A DNA stretch of 64,000 bases from Pseudomonadota bacterium (GTDB lineage Bacteria; Desulfobacterota; Desulfobacteria; Desulfobacterales; JBDRRP01). Location: NCBI GenBank assembly GCA_043825735.1, contig JBDRRP010000136.1, positions 1 through 64,000 on the forward strand, given 5' to 3'. The notes below the pieces were generated by a model that saw only the letters and a list, made by a program, of their open reading frames with translations, was not told the DNA's origin and did not search any database. The position numbers and the translations under genes are program-made. Position 1 is the stretch's first letter, and every line of letters begins with the position of its first letter. Of the stretch, positions 39,597 through 49,997 are shown piece after piece.

Positions 39597-41180
39597 ATGC
39601 AATGGTTCAAAAATCTCAAAGTCGGCGGCAAATTGGTATTCGGTTTTTCAATGATGATCCTGGTGGCGGTGGTCATCGGCGGCGGCGGATATTGGGGCGC
39701 CGGGCAGATACAGAGCCGCCTGAATGAGATCTTTGCCGTTCGGATGCCCAGTATCGATTATCTTCTCGAGGCCGATCGGGATCTTCAGCAGTTGCTGGTT
39801 GCCGAACGGTCCATGATCTTCGCCAACGTGCAGTCGGATATTTTCAAACAACTGGTGGCGGACTACGAGCAGAACCGCCAGCAGGCGGATTCCCGGTGGG
39901 AAAAATACAAATCGATGGCCAGCACCGCAGAAGAAAAAGCGCTCATCGGGCAATACGAAACCGCGCGAAGCGCCTGGCAGGAGGTATCCCAGAAAATCGT
40001 GGACGGCCGAAAAGCCGACTCCCGGGAAGGGCGTCGAGAGGCGCTGGATCTCACCCTGGGGGTCGCCAGTCAGAAATTCGAAGAGATGCGGGACCAACTG
40101 GACAAGCTCACCGAACTGAACCAGAAACTGGCCGAGGCCGCGGAGCATGAGGCAACGGATGCCTACCGGCTGGTGCGCGTCATCATTTTCGCTTCTGTCG
40201 GGTTCGGTGCTCTGGTCGGTGTATTGATGGTGATCATCATCGGGCTCGGTGTCACCCGTCCGCTCAAGGCGGTGGCCGATGGGCTCAGCGCCGCCTCCGA
40301 TCAGGTGGCGACCGGATCCCATCAGGTGTCCGCGGCAAGCCAGTCTCTGGCGCAGGGGTCTTCCGAGCAGGCGGCATCCATCGAGGAGACATCGTCCTCT
40401 CTTGAAGAAATGGCCGCCATGACCCGGCAAAACGCCGATCATGCCCGGTCGGCGGACCAGCTCATGAACGAAGCGCTTCGTGTCGTTGAGAAGGCCAACG
40501 CGTCCATGGGCAACCTCACCAAAGCCATGAGTGAGATCTCGGCGGCCAGCGAGGAGACCCAGAAAATCGTCAAGACCATCGACGAAATCGCGTTTCAGAC
40601 CAACCTGCTGGCCCTGAACGCCGCTGTGGAAGCCGCGCGCGCCGGAGAGGCCGGTGCCGGGTTTGCCGTCGTGGCCGATGAGGTCAGGAATCTGGCCATG
40701 CGGGCGGCCGAGGCGGCAAAGAACACTGCCGGTCTCATTGAGAGCACGGTGGGCCGCATCCGAGAAGGCTCCGAATTGGCCGGCGACGCCAACAAGGCAT
40801 TTGTCGAGGTGCGCCAGAGCGCCGAAAAAGTGGGCGGATTGGTGGCCGAAATCGCGGCGGCTTCCCAGGAGCAGGCGCAGGGCATCGACCAGATCAACCT
40901 GGCGGTGACTGAAATGGACAAGGTGGTGCAGTCCAATGCCGCCAGCGCCGAAGAGTCCGCCAGCGCCTCTGAGGAGATGAGCGCCCAGGCGGGGGAGATG
41001 CGGCATTATGTGAATCAGCTGGAAAAACTGGTCGGGGCGGCAGCCAGCCGCACCAAACGCAGGGCAACGCGCACAGCCGCCAAACCCGCCGGACCCAAGC
41101 CCACACGCACACGACAGGCGCTCCCTGGCGGCTCGGGCCATCTGATTCCGATGAACGATGAGGATTTTAAGGACTTTTAA
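39597..41180 (+). CDS. Methyl-accepting chemotaxis protein (4-helix-bundle sensor)
   Basis: Two TM segments; [37 protein letters not shown]. Confidence 0.96.
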   Translation: MQWFKNLKVGGKLVFGFSMMILVAVVIGGGGYWGAGQIQSRLNEIFAVRMPSIDYLLEADRDLQQLLVAERSMIFANVQSDIFKQLVADYEQNRQQADSRWEKYKSMASTAEEKALIGQYETARSAWQEVSQKIVDGRKADSREGRREALDLTLGVASQKFEEMRDQLDKLTELNQKLAEAAEHEATDAYRLVRVIIFASVGFGALVGVLMVIIIGLGVTRPLKAVADGLSAASDQVATGSHQVSAASQSLAQGSSEQAASIEETSSSLEEMAAMTRQNADHARSADQLMNEALRVVEKANASMGNLTKAMSEISAASEETQKIVKTIDEIAFQTNLLALNAAVEAARAGEAGAGFAVVADEVRNLAMRAAEAAKNTAGLIESTVGRIREGSELAGDANKAFVEVRQSAEKVGGLVAEIAAASQEQAQGIDQINLAVTEMDKVVQSNAASAEESASASEEMSAQAGEMRHYVNQLEKLVGAAASRTKRRATRTAAKPAGPKPTRTRQALPGGSGHLIPMNDEDFKDF

Positions 41181-41224
41181 AAGTCCGCTTCACGCGATTT
41201 TTTCTCTTTACGACAGTATGGATG

Positions 41225-41277
41225 CCGGCGAAGGCTGCCCGTTGACGCGTGACGGGCAGTCTTTGCCGGTTTTTTTT
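41225..41277 (+). terminator. Intrinsic terminator
   Basis: Long GC stem followed by T8. Confidence 0.85.
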
Positions 41278-41301
41278 GCCGCTGGCGATCGATGCGACCG
41301 G

Positions 41302-42126
41302 TTACACCACACCCAGCCGGTCGCCGCGGGTGTAAACGAGAAGGCCGTTCTCCGGTGCCGGGCCGGCCAGGCAGATGTCGAGGGCCCCGGCCAGCCGGAC
41401 CGCCAGCGCGGTGGGGCGCGATACGGCCATGATGACGGGGATTCGGGCGCGGGCGGCCTTTTGCACCAGCTCGTAGCTGATCCGTGACGAGAGCACCAGC
41501 AGCGCGGCCTCATCCAGTCGTTCTTCCAGAAACAGTGCACCGATGACCTTGTCCAGGGCGTTGTGGCGGCCCACGTCTTCGGCCACGGCCAGCAGCGCGC
41601 CCCCGGCGTCGTAGAGGGCGGCGGCGTGGCTGGCCCGCGTGAGCGCGCGCAGCCGCTGGTGAGTGGGGAGCTCGTCCATGCAGCGACGAATCATGGTCGC
41701 CGGCAGGGTCGTGTCGCGGTTCACCGGTGAGATTTCCTGATACAATTCTTCCACGAGCTGCTTTCCGCACAGACCGCAGCTGGTCTGGCTCACCCATTCC
41801 CGCCGGTCCTCTCGGGTGCCCAGGCGCGCGCGGGCGCCCTCGCTCACGGTCACGGCGACCACGTTGCCCTCACTGCCATCGCAAATGGCGATGTCGGCGA
41901 TATCGGAAAGCCGGTTAGCGATCCCCTCGGCCAGGCACAGACCGGCCGCGTGGGCTTTTTCATCCCCGGGCGTTCGCATCACCACCACATAGGGTTTTCC
42001 CTGAATGCGGATGGACAGGGGCTCTTCATCAATGAGCGCCATCTCTTCAACGTGCGTCTCGGACGGCCCTTTCCATCGGATGATGGGCGCGCGCGCGACG
42101 GGGAGCTTTTCAGGTGCCTGAGGCAT
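41302..42126 (-). CDS. fdhD: Formate dehydrogenase accessory sulfurtransferase FdhD
   Basis: EEPL, MRTPGD, SCGLCG, EDVGRHNALDKVIG, SSRISYELVQKA. Confidence 0.95.
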   Translation of the reverse strand: MPQAPEKLPVARAPIIRWKGPSETHVEEMALIDEEPLSIRIQGKPYVVVMRTPGDEKAHAAGLCLAEGIANRLSDIADIAICDGSEGNVVAVTVSEGARARLGTREDRREWVSQTSCGLCGKQLVEELYQEISPVNRDTTLPATMIRRCMDELPTHQRLRALTRASHAAALYDAGGALLAVAEDVGRHNALDKVIGALFLEERLDEAALLVLSSRISYELVQKAARARIPVIMAVSRPTALAVRLAGALDICLAGPAPENGLLVYTRGDRLGVV

Positions 42127-42572
42127 CAGTCCGTCTCTGGCGGGGATAACCGCACTATGGGATCGTCAACGCGAATGTGGCCGCCGGTAAGCACCCTGGC
42201 GAAGACGCCTTCCCGGGGCATGATGCAGTCGCCGGCCTGGTAGTAGATGGCGCACTTCTTGTGGCATTCCTTGCCGATCTGGGTGATTTCCACAACGGCC
42301 GACGGCCCCAGGCGAAACCGGGTGCCCAGGGGCTCAAGCTTCCAGTCGATGCCGGTGGTGGCGATGTTCTCGGCATAGTCGCCATAAGTGACATCCAGGC
42401 CGCCTTCCCGGGACAGATCGATGCTTTCGGCGGCCAGAAAACTCACCTGCCGGTGCCATTCACCGGCGTGGGCGTCTCCCTGGAGGCCGTGGTTTTCGAT
42501 GAGCTCGGCTTGGCCCACGCAGGTTTTTCGGGTCCCCTTTTTCCTGCTCAGCGCAATGGATACAATTTTCAT
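42126..42572 (-). CDS. MOSC domain protein
   Basis: GLQGDAHAG.WHRQVS, AENI, QIGKECH..C, CIMPREGVF. Confidence 0.9.
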   Translation of the reverse strand: MKIVSIALSRKKGTRKTCVGQAELIENHGLQGDAHAGEWHRQVSFLAAESIDLSREGGLDVTYGDYAENIATTGIDWKLEPLGTRFRLGPSAVVEITQIGKECHKKCAIYYQAGDCIMPREGVFARVLTGGHIRVDDPIVRLSPPETD

Positions 42573-42637
42573 ATCGATGTGTTCATGCCTTTCCATTGGT
42601 GGTTTGCCTAATTGTTATAATAGCCAGACAACCGCAT

Positions 42638-43681
42638 TCAAGTGGTTTTGGGGGTCAGCTTGCCACGGGTGAACCGTGCTATCGATGGCGCGATCATCGC
42701 CAGCAGTGTCACGGCGGCCAGCTGTTTGATAGTTTCCGGGATCAGTTCGGCCGCCTCCCCCGCCATGGCGACCGGGCTGATGCCCCATGCGTGATAGATC
42801 ACATCGGTGAGCGCGCCCAGGGAAAGACTGCAGCCGATGATGGCCGCAAGATAAATGGCCGTGCTACGGCGACCCATCATGGCGGTGACCATGCTCAGGG
42901 TGGCCGCGTTGGTGGCCGGTCCGGCCAGCAAAAAAACCAAGGCGGCGCCGGGGCTGAGGCCCTTTAAAACAAGGGCGGCGGCGATCGGCGTGCTGGCCGT
43001 GGCGCACACGTACATGGGCAGGCTCACCAGAAGCATCACCGGCATGGCCAGCAACGGGTTGCTCAGATAAGATGAAACCAGGTCCGCGGGCACCACTGCC
43101 GCAATCGTTCCGGCAACGAGTACCCCCAGCGCGAAATACGGGCCGATATCTCCGAGCAGATCGCGGAATCCGAAAACAACACCGTCTTTCAGGCGCGCCG
43201 CCAGCGGTTTCAACACAGGTGGCATGCCCGGGAGAGGACCGCCGGTGGCAAACAGATCCGGCACGGGGGGCGTGCCGAACCGGTTTTCCAAAAGGCCTGC
43301 TGTCACGGCCGTAATAAACGCGGCAACCGGCCGTATAACGGCCATGAGCGGATCCATGAGGGCATAGGTCACGGGGATGGAGTCGGCCCCGGTTTCCGGG
43401 GTGGCGATCATGAAGGAGAGCACGGCGCCGCGGCTGGCGCCCTGTCGCTTTAGACCGGCGACCGCCGGTACGACTCCGCAGGATCACAACGGTATGGGGA
43501 TTCCGATCAGGGCGGCCCTCACAACGGACCGGGCCCGTGCCGCGCCCAGATACCGGGAGACGTGTTCGGGCCGGATGAGGGCCTTCATCAGCCCGGCCAT
43601 GAAAAAACCGAAAAGCATGTAGATGGCCGATTCTTCGAGCACCATCCAGGATTCCCGCAGTATGTCCAAAAAAAGCATCAT
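42638..43681 (-). CDS. ArsP/DUF318 (SO_0444-like) metal permease, probable selenoprotein
   Basis: Two track ORFs join in frame across TGA 43484-43486: GIPIPL-U-SCGVVP...FMIATPETGADS...PMYVCATASTPIAA...GPATN; SECIS-like hairpin follows. Confidence 0.85.
43444..43462 (-). promoter_or_regulatory. Bacterial SECIS-like hairpin
   Basis: GUCGC-CGGUCUAAA-GCGAC beginning 22 nt after the UGA. Confidence 0.65.
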
Positions 43682-43703
43682 CAAAAATGGTCCGTTGAGT
43701 TCG

Positions 43704-43778
43704 CGAAGCACACGAAGATTTTAATAACCAACTGTTGTAAAAAGTTTTCTTCGTGTCCTTCGTGAACTTCGTTGTTAA
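43704..43778. repeat. Inverted nonamer-repeat element
   Basis: CGAAGCACACGAAG ... CTTCGTGTCCTTCGTGAACTTCGTTG. Confidence 0.7.
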
Positions 43779-43830
43779 ACATCGGTCAGCAGTTATCCAA
43801 ATCGCGTATTTTTCATAATCAGTGCCCCGT

Positions 43831-44187
43831 TTACCGGGTGCCGCACTCCAGCACGTGGGCCAGGCTCTGACGGATGAGATCGCCCACGTGGTCGTCAGCC
43901 AGGCGGTAGAAAACGATTTTGCCGTCCCGCCGATTGGCGACGATGCGCAGGTTCCTGAGCACGCGCAGCTGGTGGGAAGCCGCCGATTCGCTCAGCCCGC
44001 ACACCGCGGCAAGATCGCAGACGCAAAGCTCGCAGGCCTGTAGCGCCATGACCATTTTGAGCCGGGTGGGGTCTCCCAGGGTTTTGAAGACGTCCGCCAG
44101 AGACAGGATGGTTTCCGGAGATTCAAGATAATCTCTCGCCTTTTCGACGTTTTCTGCGTGAATGTGGCTGATGTCGCAAAGGGGCAT
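43831..44187 (-). CDS. ArsR/SmtB (CadC/SmtB-like) metalloregulator
   Basis: FKTLGDPTRL, ELCVCDLA, SHQLRVLR, YRLADDHV. Confidence 0.94.
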   Translation of the reverse strand: MPLCDISHIHAENVEKARDYLESPETILSLADVFKTLGDPTRLKMVMALQACELCVCDLAAVCGLSESAASHQLRVLRNLRIVANRRDGKIVFYRLADDHVGDLIRQSLAHVLECGTR

Positions 44188-44302
44188 GGTCCTTCACCTG
44201 TTGCTGAAATCGATATCCTACAAGGCCTTCCGGCGGGTCGTAAATGAGCGATTCCGCCGCCGGAAGTCAAATCGGCAGTCGTGGATGAACACCAGTTAAC
44301 TC

Positions 44303-44325
44303 ATGAACGATTGCTCATATGTCAA
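44303..44325 (-). promoter_or_regulatory. Candidate ArsR/SmtB operator overlapping promoter
   Basis: ATGAAC-GATT-GCTCAT imperfect palindrome next to a minus-strand TTGACA (44320-44325). Confidence 0.55.
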
Positions 44326-44478
44326 TTCGTATGGCATTGTCAAGTGTTTCGTTTCGCGAGATTCATGTGTGAATTGCCCCCGGTTTCAACTTTATACTTG
44401 ACAATCCCAGGGAATCATTTAAAAGTTCCGAGTTTCAAAGCGGTACGACAGCAGACAGACAGAAGGGAGAATGTGAGT

Positions 44479-44790
44479 ATGTATGCCATCGTCAAAACTG
44501 GCGGCAAGCAGTACAGGGTCAGCCAGGGAGATACCATGCGATTTGAGCGGCTCGACGGCGACGTCGGCAGCACGGTGACCTTTGATCAGGTGTTGATGGT
44601 CGCCGATGGTGACAACGTGACCGTGGGGCAGCCCATCGTGGAAAACGCCGTTGTCAACGGGCAGATCGTTGAGCAGGGGAAAGCGAAAAAAATCATTGTT
44701 TTCAAATACAAGCGCCGCAAGGGCTACCGCCGCACGCAGGGCCACCGCCAGCAGTACACCGCGGTACGGATCGATAGCATCAGCGCCTGA
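44479..44790 (+). CDS. rplU: 50S ribosomal protein L21
   Basis: MYAIVKTGGKQYRV...FKYKRRKGY...GHRQ. Confidence 0.98.
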   Translation: MYAIVKTGGKQYRVSQGDTMRFERLDGDVGSTVTFDQVLMVADGDNVTVGQPIVENAVVNGQIVEQGKAKKIIVFKYKRRKGYRRTQGHRQQYTAVRIDSISA

Positions 44791-44809
44791 AGCCGTTTTA
44801 CCGATGGCT

Positions 44810-44860
44810 GATTTGACCAATAGTCAATTCGGCAATTTGGCTAATTTTCAATTTGAAAAC
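44810..44860. repeat. Degenerate octamer tandem repeat between rplU and rpmA
   Basis: tttgacca atagtcaa ttcggcaa tttggcta attttcaa tttgaaaa. Confidence 0.6.
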
Positions 44861-44884
44861 GACAGACACCAGGAGTAGGTCACC

Positions 44885-45139
44885 ATGGCACATAAAAAAG
44901 CGGGCGGCAGCTCGAAAAACGGACGAGACAGCAATGCACAGCGCCGCGGCGTGAAGCGATTCGGCGGCGAGCAGGTGCGCGCTGGTAATATTCTGGTGCG
45001 CCAGGTCGGCACCGTGTTCCATCCCGGACTCAACGTCGGATTGGGCAAGGACTTCACGCTCTTTGCCAAGATCGACGGCGTTGTGAAGTTCGAGCGATAT
45101 GGACGCTCCCGTAAAAGAGTGAGCGTCTATTCAGAGTGA
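44885..45139 (+). CDS. rpmA: 50S ribosomal protein L27
   Basis: [16 protein letters not shown]. Confidence 0.98.
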   Translation: MAHKKAGGSSKNGRDSNAQRRGVKRFGGEQVRAGNILVRQVGTVFHPGLNVGLGKDFTLFAKIDGVVKFERYGRSRKRVSVYSE

Positions 45140-46155
45140 AATTCGTCGATGAAGCGACCATCACCGTCCAGTCCGGTGACGGTGGCCGCGGGTGTGTGAG
45201 TCTCAGACGCGAGAAGTATGTGCCCAGAGGCGGCCCGGACGGCGGTGACGGTGGCAAGGGCGGGGATGTCCTTATAGCGGCATCCGCCGCTCGGCGTACG
45301 CTTTACCAGTTTCGCTTCAAACACCAGTTTGCGGCGCAGCGCGGCGGTTACGGACAGGGGCAGAACAAGTCCGGAAAGGACGGCCCCGATCTCACCATCG
45401 AAGTCCCCCCAGGAACGCTCATATTCGACGCCGAGACCGGCGAATGCCTCAAAGATTTTCAACACCCCGGCGAGATTTATATCGCCGCCCGGGGCGGTCG
45501 GGGCGGTCAGGGCAATGCCCGTTTCAAATCCTCAACCAATCGAACACCGCGGTTTGCCCAGCCCGGTGAGCCCGGCCAGACAATCTCGCTGAAACTCGAG
45601 TTAAAGCTGCTGGCCGATGTGGGGCTCGTTGGATTTCCCAATGCCGGCAAATCGACGCTCATCTCAGCCGTTTCAGCGGCCCGTCCTAAAATAGCGGACT
45701 ACCCCTTCACGACACTGACCCCCAGTCTGGGCGTGGTGAAAACCAGTGGCGGTGAGCCGTTCGTGATGGCCGATATTCCGGGGCTCATCGAGGGCGCCCA
45801 CACCGGAACCGGTTTGGGGATACAGTTTCTGCGTCACATCGAACGCACCCGTGTGCTGGTGCATCTCATCGATGCCGCCGCTATTGATCCGGCCGCGCCA
45901 CTGGCGGCCTATGACACCATCAACAACGAGTTGGCGTGCTACAGCCCGCAGCTGGTGGAAAAGCCCCAGATCGTTGTGCTCAATAAGATGGATCTGCCTG
46001 AGGCCCGGGAAGGGGCCAAAGTGTTCGCCGCAGCCTTTGGAAAAGAGCGGCCGCTGCTGACCCTGTCCGCGGCGACTGGCAGTGGCCGCGACGCCCTGCT
46101 TAAAACATTGCTGCGTCTTCTGGACAGAGACCCTGAAAATGAAAATGACCTCTAA
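45136..46155 (+). CDS. obgE: GTPase ObgE/CgtA
   Basis: [36 protein letters not shown]. Confidence 0.98.
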   Translation: MKFVDEATITVQSGDGGRGCVSLRREKYVPRGGPDGGDGGKGGDVLIAASAARRTLYQFRFKHQFAAQRGGYGQGQNKSGKDGPDLTIEVPPGTLIFDAETGECLKDFQHPGEIYIAARGGRGGQGNARFKSSTNRTPRFAQPGEPGQTISLKLELKLLADVGLVGFPNAGKSTLISAVSAARPKIADYPFTTLTPSLGVVKTSGGEPFVMADIPGLIEGAHTGTGLGIQFLRHIERTRVLVHLIDAAAIDPAAPLAAYDTINNELACYSPQLVEKPQIVVLNKMDLPEAREGAKVFAAAFGKERPLLTLSAATGSGRDALLKTLLRLLDRDPENENDL

Positions 46156-47275
46156 TCGTTTGGCATCAGCCCGGCGGGCCGTGGTAAAAGTGGGCAGCAA
46201 CGTCCTTACTGTCGATTCGGGACTCAATCTCAAGGCCGTGGCCGCAGTGAGCCGGCAGATCAGCCGGCTCATGGCGCGCGGTCTTGAAGTGATCCTGGTG
46301 TCTTCGGGCGCCATGGCCTCGGGTCTGCGGAAAATCGGCTTGTCTCGGCGGCCGGATCTGATCCGGGAGCGGCAGGCTGTGGCCGCCGTGGGGCAGGCCG
46401 GTCTGATCATGGCCTATGAGAAGGCCTTCAACCGACACGGAAAACAGGTGGCGCAGGTGCTTCTCACCAGCGACGACCTGTGCAACCGGGAGCGCTACCT
46501 CAACGGGCGAAACACTCTGAACACCTTGCTGGAATGGGGTGTGGTGCCCATCATCAACGAAAACGACACGGTTAAGACAGAAGAGATCGCCGTTGGCGAC
46601 AATGATAACCTGGCGGCCATGATCACCCTGCTCATGGATGCCGATATCCTGATCAATCTCACCGATATAGACGGTCTGTTCACTAAAGACCCGCGCCGGT
46701 TCGCAGATGCCGAACTCATTTCCGAGGTCCGCACACTGGCTAAAAGCATCGAGCAGATGGCCAGCGACATCCCCGGGGCGCTCGGCACCGGAGGCATGCT
46801 CAGCAAAATCAAAGCGGCGCGCAAAGTCACATCGGCGGGTATTCCCATGATCATTGCCGCGGGCCTCAAGCACAACATTTTGCTCAGATTGTTTGACGGG
46901 CAGCCTCACGGCACGTATTTTGTCCCCAAGCAGGATCGCCTGGCCAGTCGAAAGAGCTGGATCGCATTCACCCTGAAGCCCCAGGGGGTGCTCTGCGTCG
47001 ATGCCGGAGCGGCCGTTGCGTTGACCGACAACGGCAAAAGCCTCCTGCCCAGCGGCATCACGGCCGTGGAAGGGGACTTTCGCGTTGGCGCGGCCGTGAA
47101 TTTGAAAACGCCGGACGGACGGATATTGGGCATCGGCCTGGTCAACTACGAGGCGGGCGATATCCGAAAAATCATGGGACTTAAAACGCGTGACATCCTG
47201 CCGCGGCTCGGTGCCAAGCCTTATGACGAAATCGTGCATCGGGACAACCTGGTCATCACCGCCAACCGGCTTTGA
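46145..47275 (+). CDS. proB: Glutamate 5-kinase
   Basis: VVKVGS, VSSGA, AAVGQ, INENDT, GTGGM, PUA domain; start 46139 also possible. Confidence 0.97.
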   Translation: MTSNRLASARRAVVKVGSNVLTVDSGLNLKAVAAVSRQISRLMARGLEVILVSSGAMASGLRKIGLSRRPDLIRERQAVAAVGQAGLIMAYEKAFNRHGKQVAQVLLTSDDLCNRERYLNGRNTLNTLLEWGVVPIINENDTVKTEEIAVGDNDNLAAMITLLMDADILINLTDIDGLFTKDPRRFADAELISEVRTLAKSIEQMASDIPGALGTGGMLSKIKAARKVTSAGIPMIIAAGLKHNILLRLFDGQPHGTYFVPKQDRLASRKSWIAFTLKPQGVLCVDAGAAVALTDNGKSLLPSGITAVEGDFRVGAAVNLKTPDGRILGIGLVNYEAGDIRKIMGLKTRDILPRLGAKPYDEIVHRDNLVITANRL

Positions 47276-47338
47276 GCCGAGGCCGGGGGTCGGTTACGGG
47301 GGCGGTTCGAGCGGCATGAACCCGCACAACGAAATGAT

Positions 47339-48049
47339 GTGTCGATCATGACGGCGGACGCAACCAGCGCGCTGAACCCCGGACTGCGGATCGGTGTTTT
47401 CGGCGGAACGTTCAACCCCGTACACGTGGGGCATATCCAGACGGTTTTGGAAGTCAAAAAGGCACTGGCGCTGGATGCCCTGTTTCTCGTTCCGGCGGCG
47501 GTGCCGCCGCACAAGGAAAAGGCCCACGTCGCCGGTGCCAGGGACCGCATGGCCATGCTCCTTTTGGCCCTGTCGGAGACTCCCGGCGTGGTCGTCTCCG
47601 ACATGGAGCTCAGGCGAAAAGGCCCGTCATACAGTGTGGATACGATTCGGGACATCCGAGCGCTGCTGCCGCCGGAAACCGAGTTGTTTTTTATTCTTGG
47701 CAGCGATGCGTTTCTGGAGATCAACACCTGGCATGCCTACCGGGCGCTTTTCGAAGAGATTTCCTTTATCGTGATGCGTCGCCGGACCGGCACTGCCGAT
47801 CCCCCGGAAAACGCCCTTAAGCCGCTCTCGGAGCTGATGGCCACACAGGTCTCGCCAGGCTACTCTTATGATCCTGACCTCCGCGCGTTCCGGCATCCCT
47901 GGATGAAAACGGTGTATCTCTTCGACAACACGGAGCGCGCCGTTTCGGCGACTGTCATCAGGGAGCGTGTCCGTGCCGGAATCGCTATCGACGGGCTCGT
48001 TCCCGAGACCGTCGCAGCCTATATCGCCAGAAAGGGACTGTATCAATGA
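47339..48049 (+). CDS. nadD: Nicotinate-nucleotide adenylyltransferase
   Basis: GGTFNPVHVGH, PPHK, SYSVDT, SATVIR. Confidence 0.96.
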   Translation: MSIMTADATSALNPGLRIGVFGGTFNPVHVGHIQTVLEVKKALALDALFLVPAAVPPHKEKAHVAGARDRMAMLLLALSETPGVVVSDMELRRKGPSYSVDTIRDIRALLPPETELFFILGSDAFLEINTWHAYRALFEEISFIVMRRRTGTADPPENALKPLSELMATQVSPGYSYDPDLRAFRHPWMKTVYLFDNTERAVSATVIRERVRAGIAIDGLVPETVAAYIARKGLYQ

Positions 48050-48474
48050 CAACGGATGTGGCAGCAGACCTGGACAGATACGTCCAGGCCGTTTTGGGGA
48101 AACAAGCGATGGACCTGACCGTTTTAGACGTGTCGGCGCTCACCTCCGTGGCCGATGTGTTCATGATCTGCAGCGGACGCTCGAACCGACAGGTCAGCGC
48201 CATCGCCGACCACATTCAGACAGCGCTCAAAGAGCAGGGGATTCGCCCCTTGAGCATCGAAGGAAAGACTGAAGGGCACTGGGTTCTGATGGATTACGCG
48301 CACGTGGTCATCCACATATTTCTCGACGACGTGCGCCGCTTTTACGATCTGGAGGGGCTTTGGGCGGACGCGCCGCGGGTAATGACCCCCGCCCTCAAGC
48401 GCCACATAAACTCCCCGCAGCAAACGGAGACCATGACGCATGGCACCCAAACCGACGATATTGATGATTCTTGA
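48046..48474 (+). CDS. rsfS: Ribosome silencing factor
   Basis: ICSGRSNRQVSAIA, WVLMDY, RRFYDLEGLW. Confidence 0.95.
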   Translation: MTTDVAADLDRYVQAVLGKQAMDLTVLDVSALTSVADVFMICSGRSNRQVSAIADHIQTALKEQGIRPLSIEGKTEGHWVLMDYAHVVIHIFLDDVRRFYDLEGLWADAPRVMTPALKRHINSPQQTETMTHGTQTDDIDDS

Positions 48475-49966
48475 CGGCTGGGGCATCAGCCCTGACACCG
48501 AAGGCAACGCCGTTGTACAGTCCGGGACCCCATTTTTAAACCATTTGCGGGAAACCTATCCGCATACCCGTCTTTTATGCTCCGGTGAAGATGTGGGCCT
48601 GCCGGCCGGCATCATGGGCAACTCCGAGGTGGGGCACCTGAACATCGGTGCCGGCCGCATCGTTTATCAGGATCTTCTGCGCATCGATCGCGCCATCGAT
48701 GACGGCAGCTTTTTTGAAAACGCGCAGCTCTCGCGGCTCATGGACCGACTGAAAGATACCGGGGGCACCCTTCATTTCATGGGGCTGGTCTCGGACGGCG
48801 GCGTGCACAGCCAACTCACCCATCTTTTAGCCCTTTTGGACATGGCCCGGAAAAAAGGCGTGGCCCGCACCGTGGTGCACGCCATTACCGACGGCAGGGA
48901 TACCGCCCCCCACAGCGGGGCCGGGTTCGTGCAGCAGGTCCAGGACCACATGGCTGCCAGCGGCTACGGCGCCATCGCCACCGTCTGCGGTCGCTACTAT
49001 GCCATGGACCGCGACCAACGCTGGGATCGCACCCTGAAGGCTTATGATCTTTATACCGCCGGCAAGGGCAGCCCGGAGAGCGATCCGGTTGCCGCCGTGC
49101 AGGCAGCCTACGACCGGGGCGAAACCGATGAGTTCATCACGCCCATCGCCGTGGGTGGCAGCCGTCCGATCGCCGACGGCGACGGCGTGATTTTTTTCAA
49201 CTTCCGGGCCGACCGTGCCAGGCAGATCACCCGGGCTTTGACCGATCCGGCATTCAGCGGATTTGCACGCGATGTGCGGCCGGTGCTGGCCGGCTACACC
49301 ACCATGACCCTTTACGATGAAAGCTTCGATCTGCCCATGGCCTTTGCGCCGGCGCACCTGACAGACATTCTGGGGGAGGTGGTCAGCCGGCAGGGGCTAA
49401 AGCAGCTTCGCATTGCCGAAACCGAAAAGTACGCGCACGTCACCTATTTTTTCAACGGCGGTGAGGAAACGCCCTTCGCGGGAGAAGACCGATGTCTCAT
49501 CCCTTCGCCCCGGGATATCCCCACCTATGACTACAAGCCGGCCATGAGCGCCGAGGCGGTGACCGAAGAACTCCTGAGGCGCATCGACACCGATCGCTAC
49601 GATTTCATCGTGCTGAACTTCGCCAACATGGATATGGTCGGCCACACCGGCATTATGGCGGCCGCCGTGGCGGCCTGCAGCGTCGTGGACGGCTGCGTGG
49701 GGCGCATCGTCACCCGGGTGCAGGCGGCCGGCGGGGTGGCCATGATCACTGCCGATCACGGCAACAGCGAGCAAATGATCGCCGCCGACGGCGGGGCGTT
49801 CACCCAACACACCACCAACCCGGTGCCATTTTTTCTGGTGGATGCGGGGCGCAAGCAGGCGCGGCTCAGGGAAGGGCGCCTGGCGGACATCGCTCCCACC
49901 GTGCTGGAAGTAATGGGCATAGCCCAGCCGGCGGCCATGACCGGAGAATCGCTGATTTTGCGATAA
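48440..49966 (+). CDS. gpmI: 2,3-BPG-independent phosphoglycerate mutase
   Basis: ILDGWG, MGNSEVGH, GRYYAMDRD, AETEKYAHVT, DMVGHTG, TADHGN. Confidence 0.98.
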   Translation: MAPKPTILMILDGWGISPDTEGNAVVQSGTPFLNHLRETYPHTRLLCSGEDVGLPAGIMGNSEVGHLNIGAGRIVYQDLLRIDRAIDDGSFFENAQLSRLMDRLKDTGGTLHFMGLVSDGGVHSQLTHLLALLDMARKKGVARTVVHAITDGRDTAPHSGAGFVQQVQDHMAASGYGAIATVCGRYYAMDRDQRWDRTLKAYDLYTAGKGSPESDPVAAVQAAYDRGETDEFITPIAVGGSRPIADGDGVIFFNFRADRARQITRALTDPAFSGFARDVRPVLAGYTTMTLYDESFDLPMAFAPAHLTDILGEVVSRQGLKQLRIAETEKYAHVTYFFNGGEETPFAGEDRCLIPSPRDIPTYDYKPAMSAEAVTEELLRRIDTDRYDFIVLNFANMDMVGHTGIMAAAVAACSVVDGCVGRIVTRVQAAGGVAMITADHGNSEQMIAADGGAFTQHTTNPVPFFLVDAGRKQARLREGRLADIAPTVLEVMGIAQPAAMTGESLILR

Positions 49967-49997
49967 ACCGTTCAACTACTGAACAGGCAGATACAAC

